Shown: positions 20,569 to 31,140 of the stretch, piece by piece
Layout of the letters: every line of letters starts with the position of its first letter
Position numbering within the stretch: position 1 is the stretch's first letter
Assembly (NCBI GenBank): GCA_016861245.1
Contig: BOKZ01000001.1
Span: forward strand, 188,347-252,346
From: Patescibacteria group bacterium
GTDB lineage: Bacteria; Patescibacteriota; UBA1384; 2-12-FULL-50-11
Direction of reading: 5' to 3'
DNA: 64,000 nucleotides
Translations under genes and position numbers: made by a program
The notes under the pieces: model-generated
What the model saw: the letters and a program-made list of their open reading frames with translations, nothing else
What the model was told of the DNA's origin: nothing
Databases searched by the model: none

Positions 20569-21675
20569 CTACTCCTTTGATAAATTAATAATTTCTTCTA
20601 CAACTTTTTGCCTATCTGTCTCTGACAGCAGAGGGTGAACCGGCAGCGACACAACTTCCTTGCAGAGCTTCTCCGCAACCGGAAAGTCACCTTCTCGGTG
20701 TCCCAAGCTCTTGAATTGTGGGAAGAGGTGAAGCGGCTTCGGATAGTATACGCCTACCATTATCTCTTTTGCCTTTAGTCGTTCGACAAACTGGTCTCGA
20801 TCTATCGGGAAGTCTTCGGTAATACGCAACGTGTATTGATGAAAAACATGAGTTCTATTTGGTGCAACCCTAGGGGTAATCAACCCTGGGATATTATTGA
20901 ATGATTTGGTATAGTAGGCGGCGTTTTCTTGTCTAGCTTTTGTGAACCGCTCTAGCTTCTTAAGTTGAGCGTTACCGATCGCAGACGCAAAATCTGTTGT
21001 CCGATAGTTATAGCCTAAATCTAAATACTCATAACGCTGACTCTCGGATTGCCCGTGATGTCTGAATTGTTTAGCCAGCTCAAATATTTTCTCACTATTA
21101 GTGGTAATCATCCCACCCTCACCAGTTGTGATGTTTTTCGTTGCGTACAAAGAAAAGCAACTAGCGTCACCAAATGAGCCAACTGGTCTGTCGTTATACG
21201 TTGCACCAATGGCCTGACAGGAGTCGAAAATCAATTTAAGAGAATGTTTTTTTGCGATTGATTCTAATTCTTGAACCTCAGATGGTTGACCGTATAGATC
21301 AACTGGCAGAAGCGCTTTTGTGTCTTCTCTAATTGCTTTATTAATTAGTTTTGTGTTGATACAGAAGGTTTCCTCGTCAACGTCAACAAATATTGGTTTT
21401 GCGCCTTGCATCAAAATTGCGTTTGCAGTGGCAACAAACGTAAATGGTGTCGTAATGACGCTGTCACCAGCGCTAACCCCAGCGGCATAGAGCGCCGCGT
21501 GTAGCGCTGTCGTACCGTTACTGGTTGCAACTGCGAACTTAGACCCGCACTGCTTGGCGAAGTTCTCTTCAAACTCTTTCGTAACTGGCCCTTGAGCAAT
21601 TATTCCGGATTTGAGTACAGCGACAACACCGTCAACCTCCTCGGCTTCGATAATTGGTTGAACAATTTTTATCAT
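20569..21675 (-). CDS. DegT/DnrJ/EryC1/StrS PLP-dependent sugar aminotransferase (WbpE-like)
   Basis: PLP-lysine region SFGDASCFSLYATKNITTGEGGMI; 2-nt gap to the oxidoreductase gene. Confidence 0.9.
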   Translation of the reverse strand: MIKIVQPIIEAEEVDGVVAVLKSGIIAQGPVTKEFEENFAKQCGSKFAVATSNGTTALHAALYAAGVSAGDSVITTPFTFVATANAILMQGAKPIFVDVDEETFCINTKLINKAIREDTKALLPVDLYGQPSEVQELESIAKKHSLKLIFDSCQAIGATYNDRPVGSFGDASCFSLYATKNITTGEGGMITTNSEKIFELAKQFRHHGQSESQRYEYLDLGYNYRTTDFASAIGNAQLKKLERFTKARQENAAYYTKSFNNIPGLITPRVAPNRTHVFHQYTLRITEDFPIDRDQFVERLKAKEIMVGVYYPKPLHLFPQFKSLGHREGDFPVAEKLCKEVVSLPVHPLLSETDRQKVVEEIINLSKE

Positions 21676-21766
21676 CCAATACGTTCATACCAATCATCCA
21701 CGCGCGAGTCAAAGCTTGAAAAAAATGTTTACAGGTTTATACTGCCACTGTTTGTACCTAGAAATT

Positions 21767-22858
21767 ATGAAAACTTACGACTTCATCGTCATTGGCGCAG
21801 GTGTAGTTGGTTGCGCTATCGCAAGAGAGCTCTCGAGTCACGGATCAGTACTGGTTCTAGAACGACGAGAGCGCCCGGGGATGGAAACGAGTCGGTATAA
21901 TAGCGGCGTCATCCACTCAGGCATCCATTTACCACCGAGCTTTCTCAAGGCACGGTTAGCGCGTGAGGGGAGCGCGCTAGTTCGAGAATTTTGTCAGCAA
22001 TTCAACGTCCCAAATCGAGAGGTTGGAATGCATATCGTCGTCACTGCGCAAGATTGCTTCACACAGGTAGGGCAGCTCAAACAATTCACCAAGCTACTAC
22101 AGCGCGCACGTGAACAAGACATTCGCATAGAAGTAAAAAGTGGCCGAGCGATACGTACCGTTGAACCATCTGTACGCTGCTTGCTCGGTGTCCACGTGCC
22201 AGGTGTTCGCATCATCGACCAGTGCGCCTTCCTGGCCGCCTTAATCGATGACATGGGAAATAGCAGCACAACTATAGACTGCTGTATGGAGGTAACTGCG
22301 ATCGAGCCGGTTAATTCAGGCTTAGTAGTTACTGCTGGCTCCTCGCGGTTCCGGGCGAGTCTCGTTATCAACGCCGCAGGTTTATACGCCGACCAAGTCG
22401 CTCGACTCGCTGATGTGCAATTCCAGCACTACTACTATCGTGGCGAATACTACGAAATCGAGCCATCGGCAGGAATTACGGCAAACGGTCTCGTCTATCC
22501 GCTCCCACCCAGGCACAGTAAGGGGCTTGGCATTCATCTCACACCCACAACCGATGGTCGAATCTTACTCGGGCCGAACACAAAACGCGTCTCAGGCCCC
22601 GACGACTACAGGTCGGACAAAACACCTCCAGAAAAGTTCCTTAGCGCGGTTCGGGCTTTCCTTCCGAGCCTAACAACTGCGGATATTTCTTGGGCGTTTT
22701 CAGGAATCCGACCGAAGACCACCGACGAATCGATCGAGAGCGATTTTGTCATCGAAAAACACCCGGAATTACCGCTAATAAACCTGATCGGGATCGAGTC
22801 CCCGGGTCTCACCGCGTCGCTGGCAGTTGGGAATTACGTTAGTCAACAACTTTCCTAG
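21767..22858 (+). CDS. FAD-dependent oxidoreductase (DAO family)
   Basis: Dinucleotide-binding motif at the N-terminus (MKTYDFIVIGAGVVGCAIA). Listed ORF starts at 21716, but the Rossmann motif favours ATG 21767. Confidence 0.75.
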   Translation: MKTYDFIVIGAGVVGCAIARELSSHGSVLVLERRERPGMETSRYNSGVIHSGIHLPPSFLKARLAREGSALVREFCQQFNVPNREVGMHIVVTAQDCFTQVGQLKQFTKLLQRAREQDIRIEVKSGRAIRTVEPSVRCLLGVHVPGVRIIDQCAFLAALIDDMGNSSTTIDCCMEVTAIEPVNSGLVVTAGSSRFRASLVINAAGLYADQVARLADVQFQHYYYRGEYYEIEPSAGITANGLVYPLPPRHSKGLGIHLTPTTDGRILLGPNTKRVSGPDDYRSDKTPPEKFLSAVRAFLPSLTTADISWAFSGIRPKTTDESIESDFVIEKHPELPLINLIGIESPGLTASLAVGNYVSQQLS

Positions 22859-24989
22859 GAGAAATCCTAGGACTTTTTAATAAACCGAATAATAGCAACG
22901 CGAGCGCTAAAGCCGAGAGAAGCATTCCGACTAAGTAGTAGTTTTGTGGTTGATAATAAATAGACAAGCTAACTGTTATAGTTCCATCTGGATTGCTGCG
23001 CACAGACCCCGGGGAACGACTCCGTATAAGCTCAGGATCAACTTCCCAGCGATTGCCAAAATCCTTGTAGATTGTGTGTGACTGCTCAAAAAAGCTTGGC
23101 TGCTTGAATTCCGGCCATGTTATTAGTCGATTACTGCTAGCACATTCAGTTATCTCCTGATTTACGCTAACAACTTCGCACGAAATTGCCGTACCCGAAC
23201 CAATCTTCCAACCATAGTGGAACGACTCTAAGAAATTTAGACTAAACTTTGTATAGTCACGGATAGTAACATCGACTCGATACAGTGTTTCGCTCTCCTT
23301 TACGAACATTAAAGTCGGCCCCGTTATCCTACTCTCCGCGCCAACGACTCTATAAATATTTGGAGAAACTTGGGCTAACCCATCAGGGTTAGCTTTAACA
23401 ACTTTAGCTATAAAGTCTTTATCGGTGTGAATTAGACTAACATCATTTCCATAAACCGCCGGGTCAGAAAATTTATCAAAGTTTGAGGCGTAAACACTTG
23501 ATAAATCAAGAATATAGCCAACATTCTTTTGTCGTAGTAGCTCAAGATCGTAGCGCTCCAAGAACTTTCGCTGCAACGAGTCTTGAAAGTCTATTGGAGA
23601 GACAGAATTCTGAATATAACCACTGCCAGAAAATATACTAAAACTATCCCAGCCACTATTGGAAAGCGGGGTGTTATTAATTACTCGTACTGGTTGATCA
23701 ATAAGTGAATATTGATTAAAAAACGGGTAAACCAAAACACGGCTACTATCCTCCTTTTGTTGCAGAAAATCTTCGTAGCTCTGGAGACTTGCTCTAGCGT
23801 CTGAAAAACTCACTTTCGGCAACCCCCGTAGGAATAGCGGGTAGCTAAGTGCTAGATAACTGAATAGTAGAATTGTTACAAGTGTACGACGGGTAGCCCA
23901 AAGTCCTACTATTGCTAATAGTAGGAATACGACTAGCAGCGGTGCTGCGTGACCAGCTTCTCGAAGCATTGGGTAGAAGTAGGAGATAACAGGTATAGGG
24001 ATTGAAGCGTAGTAACCGCTAGTAAGTATGACAAATGAGAAAAGGCCAATTAAAAAGTAAAGTACTATTTTTCTTTCAGTGTAAGTTCTCTTGAATACTC
24101 CCCAAATAACTAAAGTGAAGAATAAAATACCAAAGAGCGCTGATGGAGCACCAAAGAATTTATCGATAAAAGTAGCTGGAGAGAACCATAGAGTAAAAAT
24201 TCTTAAAAAATTCGTCCGACCTAAATCAGTGAATGAGTTTACGGCTGCATTTGACCGCAACGAATCAACGGAATTCGCCCCAAAGAGTATTGGGAGCAAC
24301 CAATAACAGTTAAGTAACAGCATTGCTCCGAAAGCAGATAGGATGATCTTTAAACGATCTCGGGTGTAGTTTAAAAACAACCAGATCAATAAAGTAAGTG
24401 GTGTAAAAATAAAAAATTGTATTTGTACTGTTGTCAGCCAAGCCAGAAGCATCAAACCAACTACTGTTCTCGTTGAGAAGACTTTTGTACTCAAGAGAAG
24501 ACTTACTAGCCATAAATAAGCTGAGTAGGAGAAGATATAACCCCAATGCCCTGCTAAAAACTTATAAAAAATTGCGGGATTAAAGATAAAGAGCAGGCTT
24601 ACAAGCACTGCAATCAAGCGCTGAGCCGGGAATAGTTTTGAAATTATTAGTCTCCCAGCAAGATAGATTGAAATAAAGAATAAAAGATGGATTACTATTT
24701 GCGTTAGCTCGGGGGTAACTGTTAATCGACTAATAAGATAGGTAAGTAATGGAAAAGGTGTAGAGCTGGCGTAACCAAGTGGCGCGCCCAGGCCAGCGTA
24801 CTGCCAGGCTGAGAGTTCCAGCTTTGGGAAAGTGGAGAAATGCCTAGAGAAATACGGAAAAGTTCCGTCCCAATTATTACCGATGCCACCCCAGGCAACT
24901 AATACGTATCCAATTAGTAAACTTGCGACGAAAATTAACTCAAGTACATTGTGGCGGACAGACAACCAGTTTTTAAGCTTAGTTATCAT
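22839..24989 (-). CDS. large polytopic membrane protein with C-terminal soluble domain (GT-C-like glycosyltransferase candidate)
   Basis: 716 aa; about 12 N-terminal TM helices then a roughly 300-aa hydrophilic domain; layout like ArnT/PMT/YfhO-type enzymes; no firm motif. Confidence 0.4.
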   Translation of the reverse strand: MITKLKNWLSVRHNVLELIFVASLLIGYVLVAWGGIGNNWDGTFPYFSRHFSTFPKLELSAWQYAGLGAPLGYASSTPFPLLTYLISRLTVTPELTQIVIHLLFFISIYLAGRLIISKLFPAQRLIAVLVSLLFIFNPAIFYKFLAGHWGYIFSYSAYLWLVSLLLSTKVFSTRTVVGLMLLAWLTTVQIQFFIFTPLTLLIWLFLNYTRDRLKIILSAFGAMLLLNCYWLLPILFGANSVDSLRSNAAVNSFTDLGRTNFLRIFTLWFSPATFIDKFFGAPSALFGILFFTLVIWGVFKRTYTERKIVLYFLIGLFSFVILTSGYYASIPIPVISYFYPMLREAGHAAPLLVVFLLLAIVGLWATRRTLVTILLFSYLALSYPLFLRGLPKVSFSDARASLQSYEDFLQQKEDSSRVLVYPFFNQYSLIDQPVRVINNTPLSNSGWDSFSIFSGSGYIQNSVSPIDFQDSLQRKFLERYDLELLRQKNVGYILDLSSVYASNFDKFSDPAVYGNDVSLIHTDKDFIAKVVKANPDGLAQVSPNIYRVVGAESRITGPTLMFVKESETLYRVDVTIRDYTKFSLNFLESFHYGWKIGSGTAISCEVVSVNQEITECASSNRLITWPEFKQPSFFEQSHTIYKDFGNRWEVDPELIRSRSPGSVRSNPDGTITVSLSIYYQPQNYYLVGMLLSALALALLLFGLLKSPRISPRKVVD

Positions 24990-25326
24990 CCGTTAAGCTG
25001 GATTCTGTTGTCATCTTAAACGAGTGATAGACATGCAGAACGATAGTAACTGCAAATAGAATGAATACAATTTTTGCTGCTTGTTCAGCTCGATCGGTCC
25101 TATTAATTGCCAGTAGCAGCGCTACACCGATTAAGCCCCAAACAGTCCCTAACGCAAACAATTTGGGCTGTGGCACTTCAACAACTAGCCAAACCAGGAA
25201 GACTAGCGCTACTACATCGCGTACTCTCCAGTTAAGATACATCGCCAAAAAGCCGAAAGCCCCGACAATAATATACGAACGATATCGAATAATATATGAA
25301 GTTATGTTTTTATATAAATCCGTCAT
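24979..25326 (-). CDS. small membrane protein
   Basis: 115 aa, three hydrophobic helices; overlaps both neighbours by a few nt (operon coupling). Confidence 0.35.
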   Translation of the reverse strand: MTDLYKNITSYIIRYRSYIIVGAFGFLAMYLNWRVRDVVALVFLVWLVVEVPQPKLFALGTVWGLIGVALLLAINRTDRAEQAAKIVFILFAVTIVLHVYHSFKMTTESSLTDDN

Positions 25327-26702
25327 TTCTTCAGTAGCTGTCCAGAGACCTTTAAAGACCGGAGACCAAAGTAAGGATAAGCTGTGTAACCCAACTCCTT
25401 GTTTGACACCCTAATATAAACGGTGTGAGAGTCATTATTATTGTCGGCTGAGCCAGAATACTGACCAGCGCCCAACTGCGAGTTCTCGTTAATGACGAAC
25501 CATTCTTGACCATCAAAGGACATCTCAAGCAGAACATCGTTGTACTCAGAGTAGAGACGACTAGCTTGCATCGAAGCTGATAGCACTGGCGACGACAATT
25601 CGCAAACAAAGGTAAAGGAAGCACCAATTGACTTGTTCATGATTAGCGACTTTTCTGAGTAGCTATACCTGGCAACAGCATCACCAGAAGTATCCAAGAT
25701 CATTAGACGATCCGTTGGCTCTCCGGAGGTGCTGCACGAGTATTGTTCTCGTGTTAAACTAATTTGATCAAGATATGTGCCTATAGAAATTAGTGACTGT
25801 TTAGGTCGGGATAGTCGCAACGAAACGCCCTCAATTGAATTCACAGTAGTACCATCGACTTTCACTCTAGAAGCCGCCAAGATACCGTTTATAAAAATGT
25901 GACTCATTCTGGTGGGACGAGACTGGGCTGGGGTAATAACAACGATATACTCCTGAGCGTTTTTAACTCTGCTAGCAAGTGGTAGATATATCCAACCATC
26001 TTTAATAGCACTCACACCAGTGAATTCGACTGTAGAAATGGCTTTCTCTGACGATAGTACCTCTAGTTTTTTTTCATAGAGACTTGCCTCATACCTCCCA
26101 CCGCCATTACCAATGTAGCCGCCTTTAACTGAGATAGATTGAAGCTTGTCAGTCTTGGGGGTAATAGAGAAAAAAACGGGAGAAAATATCGATACTTCTC
26201 TATCAACTTTTGGATCATTTTCAAGATAAACTTCTTGACTGTAAGGGCTGGCATAATCCGAGCTACCACCAGGAACATCTAGCCCAATCAGCCTGACTTG
26301 ATCGATAAATACTTTTGCACGGAGCTGGGGGTTTTTTTTGGCGACTACTATTGAGTCAACCGTTTTCCCATTTAGTTCGAAGTTCTTATAGAAGTATTGA
26401 GGTTCACCGGGGTGGACCGTAAAACTACCGATTAGCAGCGAGTCCGATCCAACAGTGTGAGTAATTAATTGCATCTCAACTAACTCAGTGCTCTCTGTTT
26501 TTGCAATAAAAGCAACTCGATATGAGCCATCACCAAGATTTGTATGGCTAATGATCTCAAGTGATGCGTTCGATTCTCCAAGTTCATAACTAAAGCTATT
26601 CTCTTTTATTTCTTCAAATGCGTTCGGACGTGCACCGAAAACGAGTAACAAAATGAAAAGCAGGGAAAGAAACCAGTACCGATTAGGTGTTAGTTGAAGC
26701 AT
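25323..26702 (-). CDS. secreted/anchored hypothetical protein
   Basis: Start reassigned to MLQLTPNRYWFLSLLFILLLVFGARP (ATG 26702) with a perfect AAGGAG RBS 6-7 nt upstream; beta-rich, no catalytic motif. Confidence 0.45.
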   Translation of the reverse strand: MLQLTPNRYWFLSLLFILLLVFGARPNAFEEIKENSFSYELGESNASLEIISHTNLGDGSYRVAFIAKTESTELVEMQLITHTVGSDSLLIGSFTVHPGEPQYFYKNFELNGKTVDSIVVAKKNPQLRAKVFIDQVRLIGLDVPGGSSDYASPYSQEVYLENDPKVDREVSIFSPVFFSITPKTDKLQSISVKGGYIGNGGGRYEASLYEKKLEVLSSEKAISTVEFTGVSAIKDGWIYLPLASRVKNAQEYIVVITPAQSRPTRMSHIFINGILAASRVKVDGTTVNSIEGVSLRLSRPKQSLISIGTYLDQISLTREQYSCSTSGEPTDRLMILDTSGDAVARYSYSEKSLIMNKSIGASFTFVCELSSPVLSASMQASRLYSEYNDVLLEMSFDGQEWFVINENSQLGAGQYSGSADNNNDSHTVYIRVSNKELGYTAYPYFGLRSLKVSGQLLKK

Positions 26703-28923
26703 AGCGACTCCTTCGATTATATCCGATCCACCAGATAACCATAAGCACGAATAGGAACCCAAACGAGATTATCTGACTGATTGCTGTCAGGATTTGTGGG
26801 TAAAAAGTAATCATAAATGAGTACTGTTCACCTGGTTTAAGACTGGGTTGGCTTATTAGCCAAGCACTTTCCTGTTTTCCCTCGACGGATGAGTTCAGCG
26901 AGCGAAGGCGAAGGCTAGAAGAAATACTTGTTGGGTTATAAAAACAATTTGAATTTCCAAATGAATCGGCACAATTCCCTGGCCTGATGAATAATCGATA
27001 GTTTTCTGAGACGGGTTCGTTCAGGGTAATACTAAGCGGTTGCTCTGTAGCAATAAACTCTCCACTCAATCGCCCTGGCGCGACTTCCCTAAAGGTGACA
27101 GAGTCACTCTCCGCACCGGTAATTTGTAAATAGTTTTGCTGCCAACCAGGTACTTCATAGACACTAATATCCCCAAACTCTTTAACTAACTTATAACCTT
27201 TACGTAATTCTTTATCTAAGCTTGTAACACTAGCTTCAGAAGCCGAAAAATAAACATCACTCAATTGAGTAAGCGGCCAGTTAATATCTTTGTGTAGCAA
27301 CACATATCGTACATTCGATCGTTTCAACTGTTCCATATTAAGGCTGGTAAACGGTTTGCCCGAGCTATCACTAGATTGTCCGGTAATAAAACGTTTGTCG
27401 GTCATTAGCATCAACGGATAAGTCCCCCAGTAACCGTCACTGCCAGATTGCCAGCGTAAAGAGGCTAGGCTTGTGTTTATAATCGGTAACGGTAAGACAA
27501 AAAAATGATCTGGCTGTTCGTTCAGCCAGGCGGCAAGCTGGGTATAGGAATCAGGTACTTTAACTTTTCTGGAGGGAATAACGTCGTTCCTGGCCGGAAA
27601 CACCTGATCCTTCCAAAATGGGGACGAATAAGTGAAAAGGTAAATGATGACTATTACCAGGACACCGCCAGTCTTAGCATATTTGGGCAACGTCGAGCTT
27701 GGGATTAATGAAACAACATAACCAAACAAAACTCCTACGGAGAGTAAGGTTAAAGGCATAAATCTTTGCCAAATTGACCTAAACACCTCACCGATCGCTG
27801 GAAGAGAATAGAAGTAGTTATTAATACTTTTCATTGGCGAGTAATCACCTAGAGTTAGCTGACCAAAAACCAGCAAAAGCACAAAGAAGAAGATTATATT
27901 TGGCGTGAGACGACGGCGTAGCATTAGCCAGCAAACCGTCGCAAATACGCTGACCCCGATAATTGAGGTGGCTGTGGCAGCGTATGTGCTAAACCATAAG
28001 TGATAGGGCTGACCACCAACTTTATCTCCCAAGAAATCTGGCCCAAGTAATTTAAAGTATTCAAGTGGGCGAGTAGAGTTAAACTTTAATAACGCTTCTG
28101 TAGTAATATCGCTGACAGCGCGACGCGACAACTCCCCGCCCACAAACAGTAGCTGTGGTAGTAGCCAAAAAAGATTAACAACAAGCCAAAAAACGCCCGT
28201 TAATCCGGTAAGAAGAAGAGCCCGATATCTTCGCTGTCTTGACTTCGTCCCAATTATCAAAAAGATGGCCAGATAAATGAATAAAACTCCCCAGGTAATT
28301 AGCATGAACGGCGGCGTAACATAGCTTGGAGTTAAAAGCAGTGACCAGGCTAGCGTAATAGTTACTGCGGACATAATAATTGGTTTGGTAGAGTGCAAGC
28401 GATTAATAAATAAGCCTAAAATTAATGGGAAGAAAGCGAAAAAAAACAGTATCCAAGAGAGCGCACTTAGCGCCACAACAGCGTAGACGTTTGTTGAATA
28501 GAGTAACCCAGAAACTACCGCTCCTGCTTTGGCCTTCTCCGGAAAGCACTGCCTAAATAAATAGTAAGTCGACAAACCGGCTCCGACGATAATCGTGTAG
28601 AGAAGGCACTTTTGGACAGCGGCAACCGACAAAACTAAGCCAATTTTTTGTAGAGCTAATAATAACAATCCAAACGGCAATAAAAAGGGGAACTTACTTG
28701 CATCCGGTGTACTCAACGCAATCTTCCCAGAAACTAGATGAAAATAGTCTGCCAAATAAACCTGTTGGTTAATGCCGAAAGAGGCGTCGTCACCCCAAAT
28801 GAATCCGTTAGCGGGGAACCAGGAAAATGCCACTAAACCTAATACTAGAAACACCAACCATGGCCTGGGAGAGATAAACGAGATTAAGCGACGAAATATA
28901 TTCCTACCAGCGCTTACCAGCAT
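26683..28923 (-). CDS. large polytopic membrane protein with C-terminal soluble domain (GT-C-like glycosyltransferase candidate)
   Basis: 746 aa; first extracytoplasmic loop carries WGDD (GT-C DD/DE-like motif); more than 12 TM helices then a roughly 330-aa domain. Confidence 0.45.
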   Translation of the reverse strand: MLVSAGRNIFRRLISFISPRPWLVFLVLGLVAFSWFPANGFIWGDDASFGINQQVYLADYFHLVSGKIALSTPDASKFPFLLPFGLLLLALQKIGLVLSVAAVQKCLLYTIIVGAGLSTYYLFRQCFPEKAKAGAVVSGLLYSTNVYAVVALSALSWILFFFAFFPLILGLFINRLHSTKPIIMSAVTITLAWSLLLTPSYVTPPFMLITWGVLFIYLAIFLIIGTKSRQRRYRALLLTGLTGVFWLVVNLFWLLPQLLFVGGELSRRAVSDITTEALLKFNSTRPLEYFKLLGPDFLGDKVGGQPYHLWFSTYAATATSIIGVSVFATVCWLMLRRRLTPNIIFFFVLLLVFGQLTLGDYSPMKSINNYFYSLPAIGEVFRSIWQRFMPLTLLSVGVLFGYVVSLIPSSTLPKYAKTGGVLVIVIIYLFTYSSPFWKDQVFPARNDVIPSRKVKVPDSYTQLAAWLNEQPDHFFVLPLPIINTSLASLRWQSGSDGYWGTYPLMLMTDKRFITGQSSDSSGKPFTSLNMEQLKRSNVRYVLLHKDINWPLTQLSDVYFSASEASVTSLDKELRKGYKLVKEFGDISVYEVPGWQQNYLQITGAESDSVTFREVAPGRLSGEFIATEQPLSITLNEPVSENYRLFIRPGNCADSFGNSNCFYNPTSISSSLRLRSLNSSVEGKQESAWLISQPSLKPGEQYSFMITFYPQILTAISQIISFGFLFVLMVIWWIGYNRRSRYASTNT

Positions 28924-30016
28924 ATGCCTTCATTTCACGAATAATATTCTGGCTTATGTCGGGTGCGTCGTAAGGGTTGCCAACTTCTACATATTTCTTC
29001 TGAAGCTCGTCGTAGTTATCCATAATATAATTCAGCTTGTCCTTAATTTCAGATTCATCACATTTTGCTAGAAAACTAACACCGTATTCAATTGGCTCTA
29101 GCCAAGCGGTATGGTCACGTAGAATTACACACGGCTTCTTGCTCCAGAATGCCTCTTTTTGTAGTCCACCTGAATCAGTAACAACGAGCTTAGAGTGCTC
29201 AACAAGCGCTACAATCTCTCGGTAGCTGAGTGAACGAATAAACTTAATATTTGAGCCGTCTTTTATAACATTTAGCTCGTCCATCCTTGCTTTCGTGCGC
29301 GGGTGGACTGGGAAGACAAATTGTAGATCCGGATAGTGCCCCACCGCACTAACTAGGGCTTGAAGTGACTCCTTAGTATCGACGTTCTTAGCGCGATGAG
29401 CCGTTAAAACAGCATACTCTCCCTCTTTAACATCAAACTCCTCTAAGATTTTCTTTTCCTCCGTCATATTTTTCGTACACCACTCATAAACTTCAAACAG
29501 TGGGTCGCCGACAAACTTAATATCACCAGCAACATGTTCTTTCTCAAGGTTCTTTGAAGAAATATCCGAAACCGTTAGCATTACATTTGAACAATGGTCT
29601 AGTAGCCGACGATTTATCTCTTCCGGCATATCCATCTCCCACTCGCGACAACCTGCCTCAATATGAGCCAACGGAATATTCATCTTTACAGCGGTAATAC
29701 CGGCTGCGAGTGAGGAGTTTGTATCTCCAAAGACTCCGACCATATCTGGTTTAAACTCTTCAAAATACTTCTCGAGCCTTAAGATAATATTAGCCGTCTG
29801 TTCGCCATGAGTTCCAGATCCAACGTTAAGATTAATGTCTGGCTCTGGCAAACCAAGGTCTTCAAAGAATATTTTATTCATTTCGTAATCGTAATGTTGG
29901 CCGGTATGAACTAACTTAAAATCGATATCGGGATCAGATTTAAAGGCAGGTATTAGCGTTGCCGAACGGATGATTTCTGGCCTTGTACCGATTATGTAGA
30001 CAATTTTTTTCTTCAT
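28904..30016 (-). CDS. wecB: UDP-N-acetylglucosamine 2-epimerase (non-hydrolysing)
   Basis: N-terminal KIVYIIGTRPEIIR (GTRPE motif); 370 aa. Confidence 0.9.
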   Translation of the reverse strand: MKKKIVYIIGTRPEIIRSATLIPAFKSDPDIDFKLVHTGQHYDYEMNKIFFEDLGLPEPDINLNVGSGTHGEQTANIILRLEKYFEEFKPDMVGVFGDTNSSLAAGITAVKMNIPLAHIEAGCREWEMDMPEEINRRLLDHCSNVMLTVSDISSKNLEKEHVAGDIKFVGDPLFEVYEWCTKNMTEEKKILEEFDVKEGEYAVLTAHRAKNVDTKESLQALVSAVGHYPDLQFVFPVHPRTKARMDELNVIKDGSNIKFIRSLSYREIVALVEHSKLVVTDSGGLQKEAFWSKKPCVILRDHTAWLEPIEYGVSFLAKCDESEIKDKLNYIMDNYDELQKKYVEVGNPYDAPDISQNIIREMKAYAGKRW

Positions 30017-31140
30017 TTATTTAATTTCTCCTTGATCCTAATCACGGTCTGCCGTAAATTTGCCTCACTGTAACGACTCCGTGCGTATTCTCTTGATGTA
30101 CTCCTCATACTATTTAACTGTTTTTCTTCTAGTGTGCAAAGGAACGAGGCGACTTCTTCAGGATTAAATGGATCTATAATCCACCCAATCTCTTTCGGTA
30201 CAAGATCTGAATCTATGGTAATCTTCTGCTTGATTTTTTCGGTTAACGCTGCGTATTTCGGAATAATAATTGGCGTACCACTCGCTAACGCCTCAACAGC
30301 TGGTAGGGTAAGGTAAGTCTCATCGGCGTATGACCATACCACATCAGCCTCACTAATTAAGGCGCTAATTTTCTCGCGATCACTTACGTAGCCGAAATAT
30401 TCGACCTGTTCATACATATCGGCTATTTTACTTAGTTGGTCTTGGAATTCCCCAACTCCAATAAATCTAAACTGTAAATCCGGGCGCTGCGTATCTGCCG
30501 CTATTCTTTCTGCCGCTTCAATGAGCGGTAAGCACATCTTATCGGAATCAAGTCGACCTACAAACTGGATAATAATCTTGCCGTCCGGTTTCGCTAGATC
30601 TTTCTCAAAAAAACGGTTTTCTGCGAAGTGCTCGTTGGTGACAATCCGCTCCCTGGGGATAAAGTCTAGCACATTCTCAACACTCCCTCGGGAGTTTACA
30701 ACCACCAAATCGACACCAGCACACCAAAATCTTAAGAAGGATGATTGCCACGCTACTTTCTTGGCAATATATCCGTGATACATAACAACCATTTTTCCCC
30801 CAAACAACCACCTAAACGGCAGGAGCATCAGCGCAATAGCAAAACCATTTGTAATCACCGCTTTGTTTCTTGAGAAGATACCAAATATGATGGCCAGCAA
30901 GAGCAGTGGCAAGTTCCAAAGCATTGAGATGAGAGCGCCAAGATTAGTGAGATAGCCCCATTTATCGTACCTAGGGAAAGGAATAGAGTAATACTTTATT
31001 TCTGGTTGGCGGTGGAATACCCCACCTAATCCAGCGCAAACAATTCGGTAGTCAGTTTGAAGTTGCTGCAGAATGCGCTCGATACAAATCCAACTACCAC
31101 CAGAGAATGCAGGCGTTACTACTAACAACTTACCCTTCAT
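30013..31140 (-). CDS. membrane-associated glycosyltransferase family 4
   Basis: C-terminal GT-B domain (FVGRLDSDKMCLPLIEAAERI); start moved to MKGKLLVV (31140) to avoid a 50-nt overlap with the upstream GT2. Confidence 0.75.
   Translation of the reverse strand: MKGKLLVVTPAFSGGSWICIERILQQLQTDYRIVCAGLGGVFHRQPEIKYYSIPFPRYDKWGYLTNLGALISMLWNLPLLLLAIIFGIFSRNKAVITNGFAIALMLLPFRWLFGGKMVVMYHGYIAKKVAWQSSFLRFWCAGVDLVVVNSRGSVENVLDFIPRERIVTNEHFAENRFFEKDLAKPDGKIIIQFVGRLDSDKMCLPLIEAAERIAADTQRPDLQFRFIGVGEFQDQLSKIADMYEQVEYFGYVSDREKISALISEADVVWSYADETYLTLPAVEALASGTPIIIPKYAALTEKIKQKITIDSDLVPKEIGWIIDPFNPEEVASFLCTLEEKQLNSMRSTSREYARSRYSEANLRQTVIRIKEKLNK

Noticed and set aside
21592-21900. 102-aa plus-strand ORF spanning the DegT/FAD-oxidoreductase junction
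   Set aside because: Overlaps the 5' ends of two well-supported genes and has no motif; spurious.
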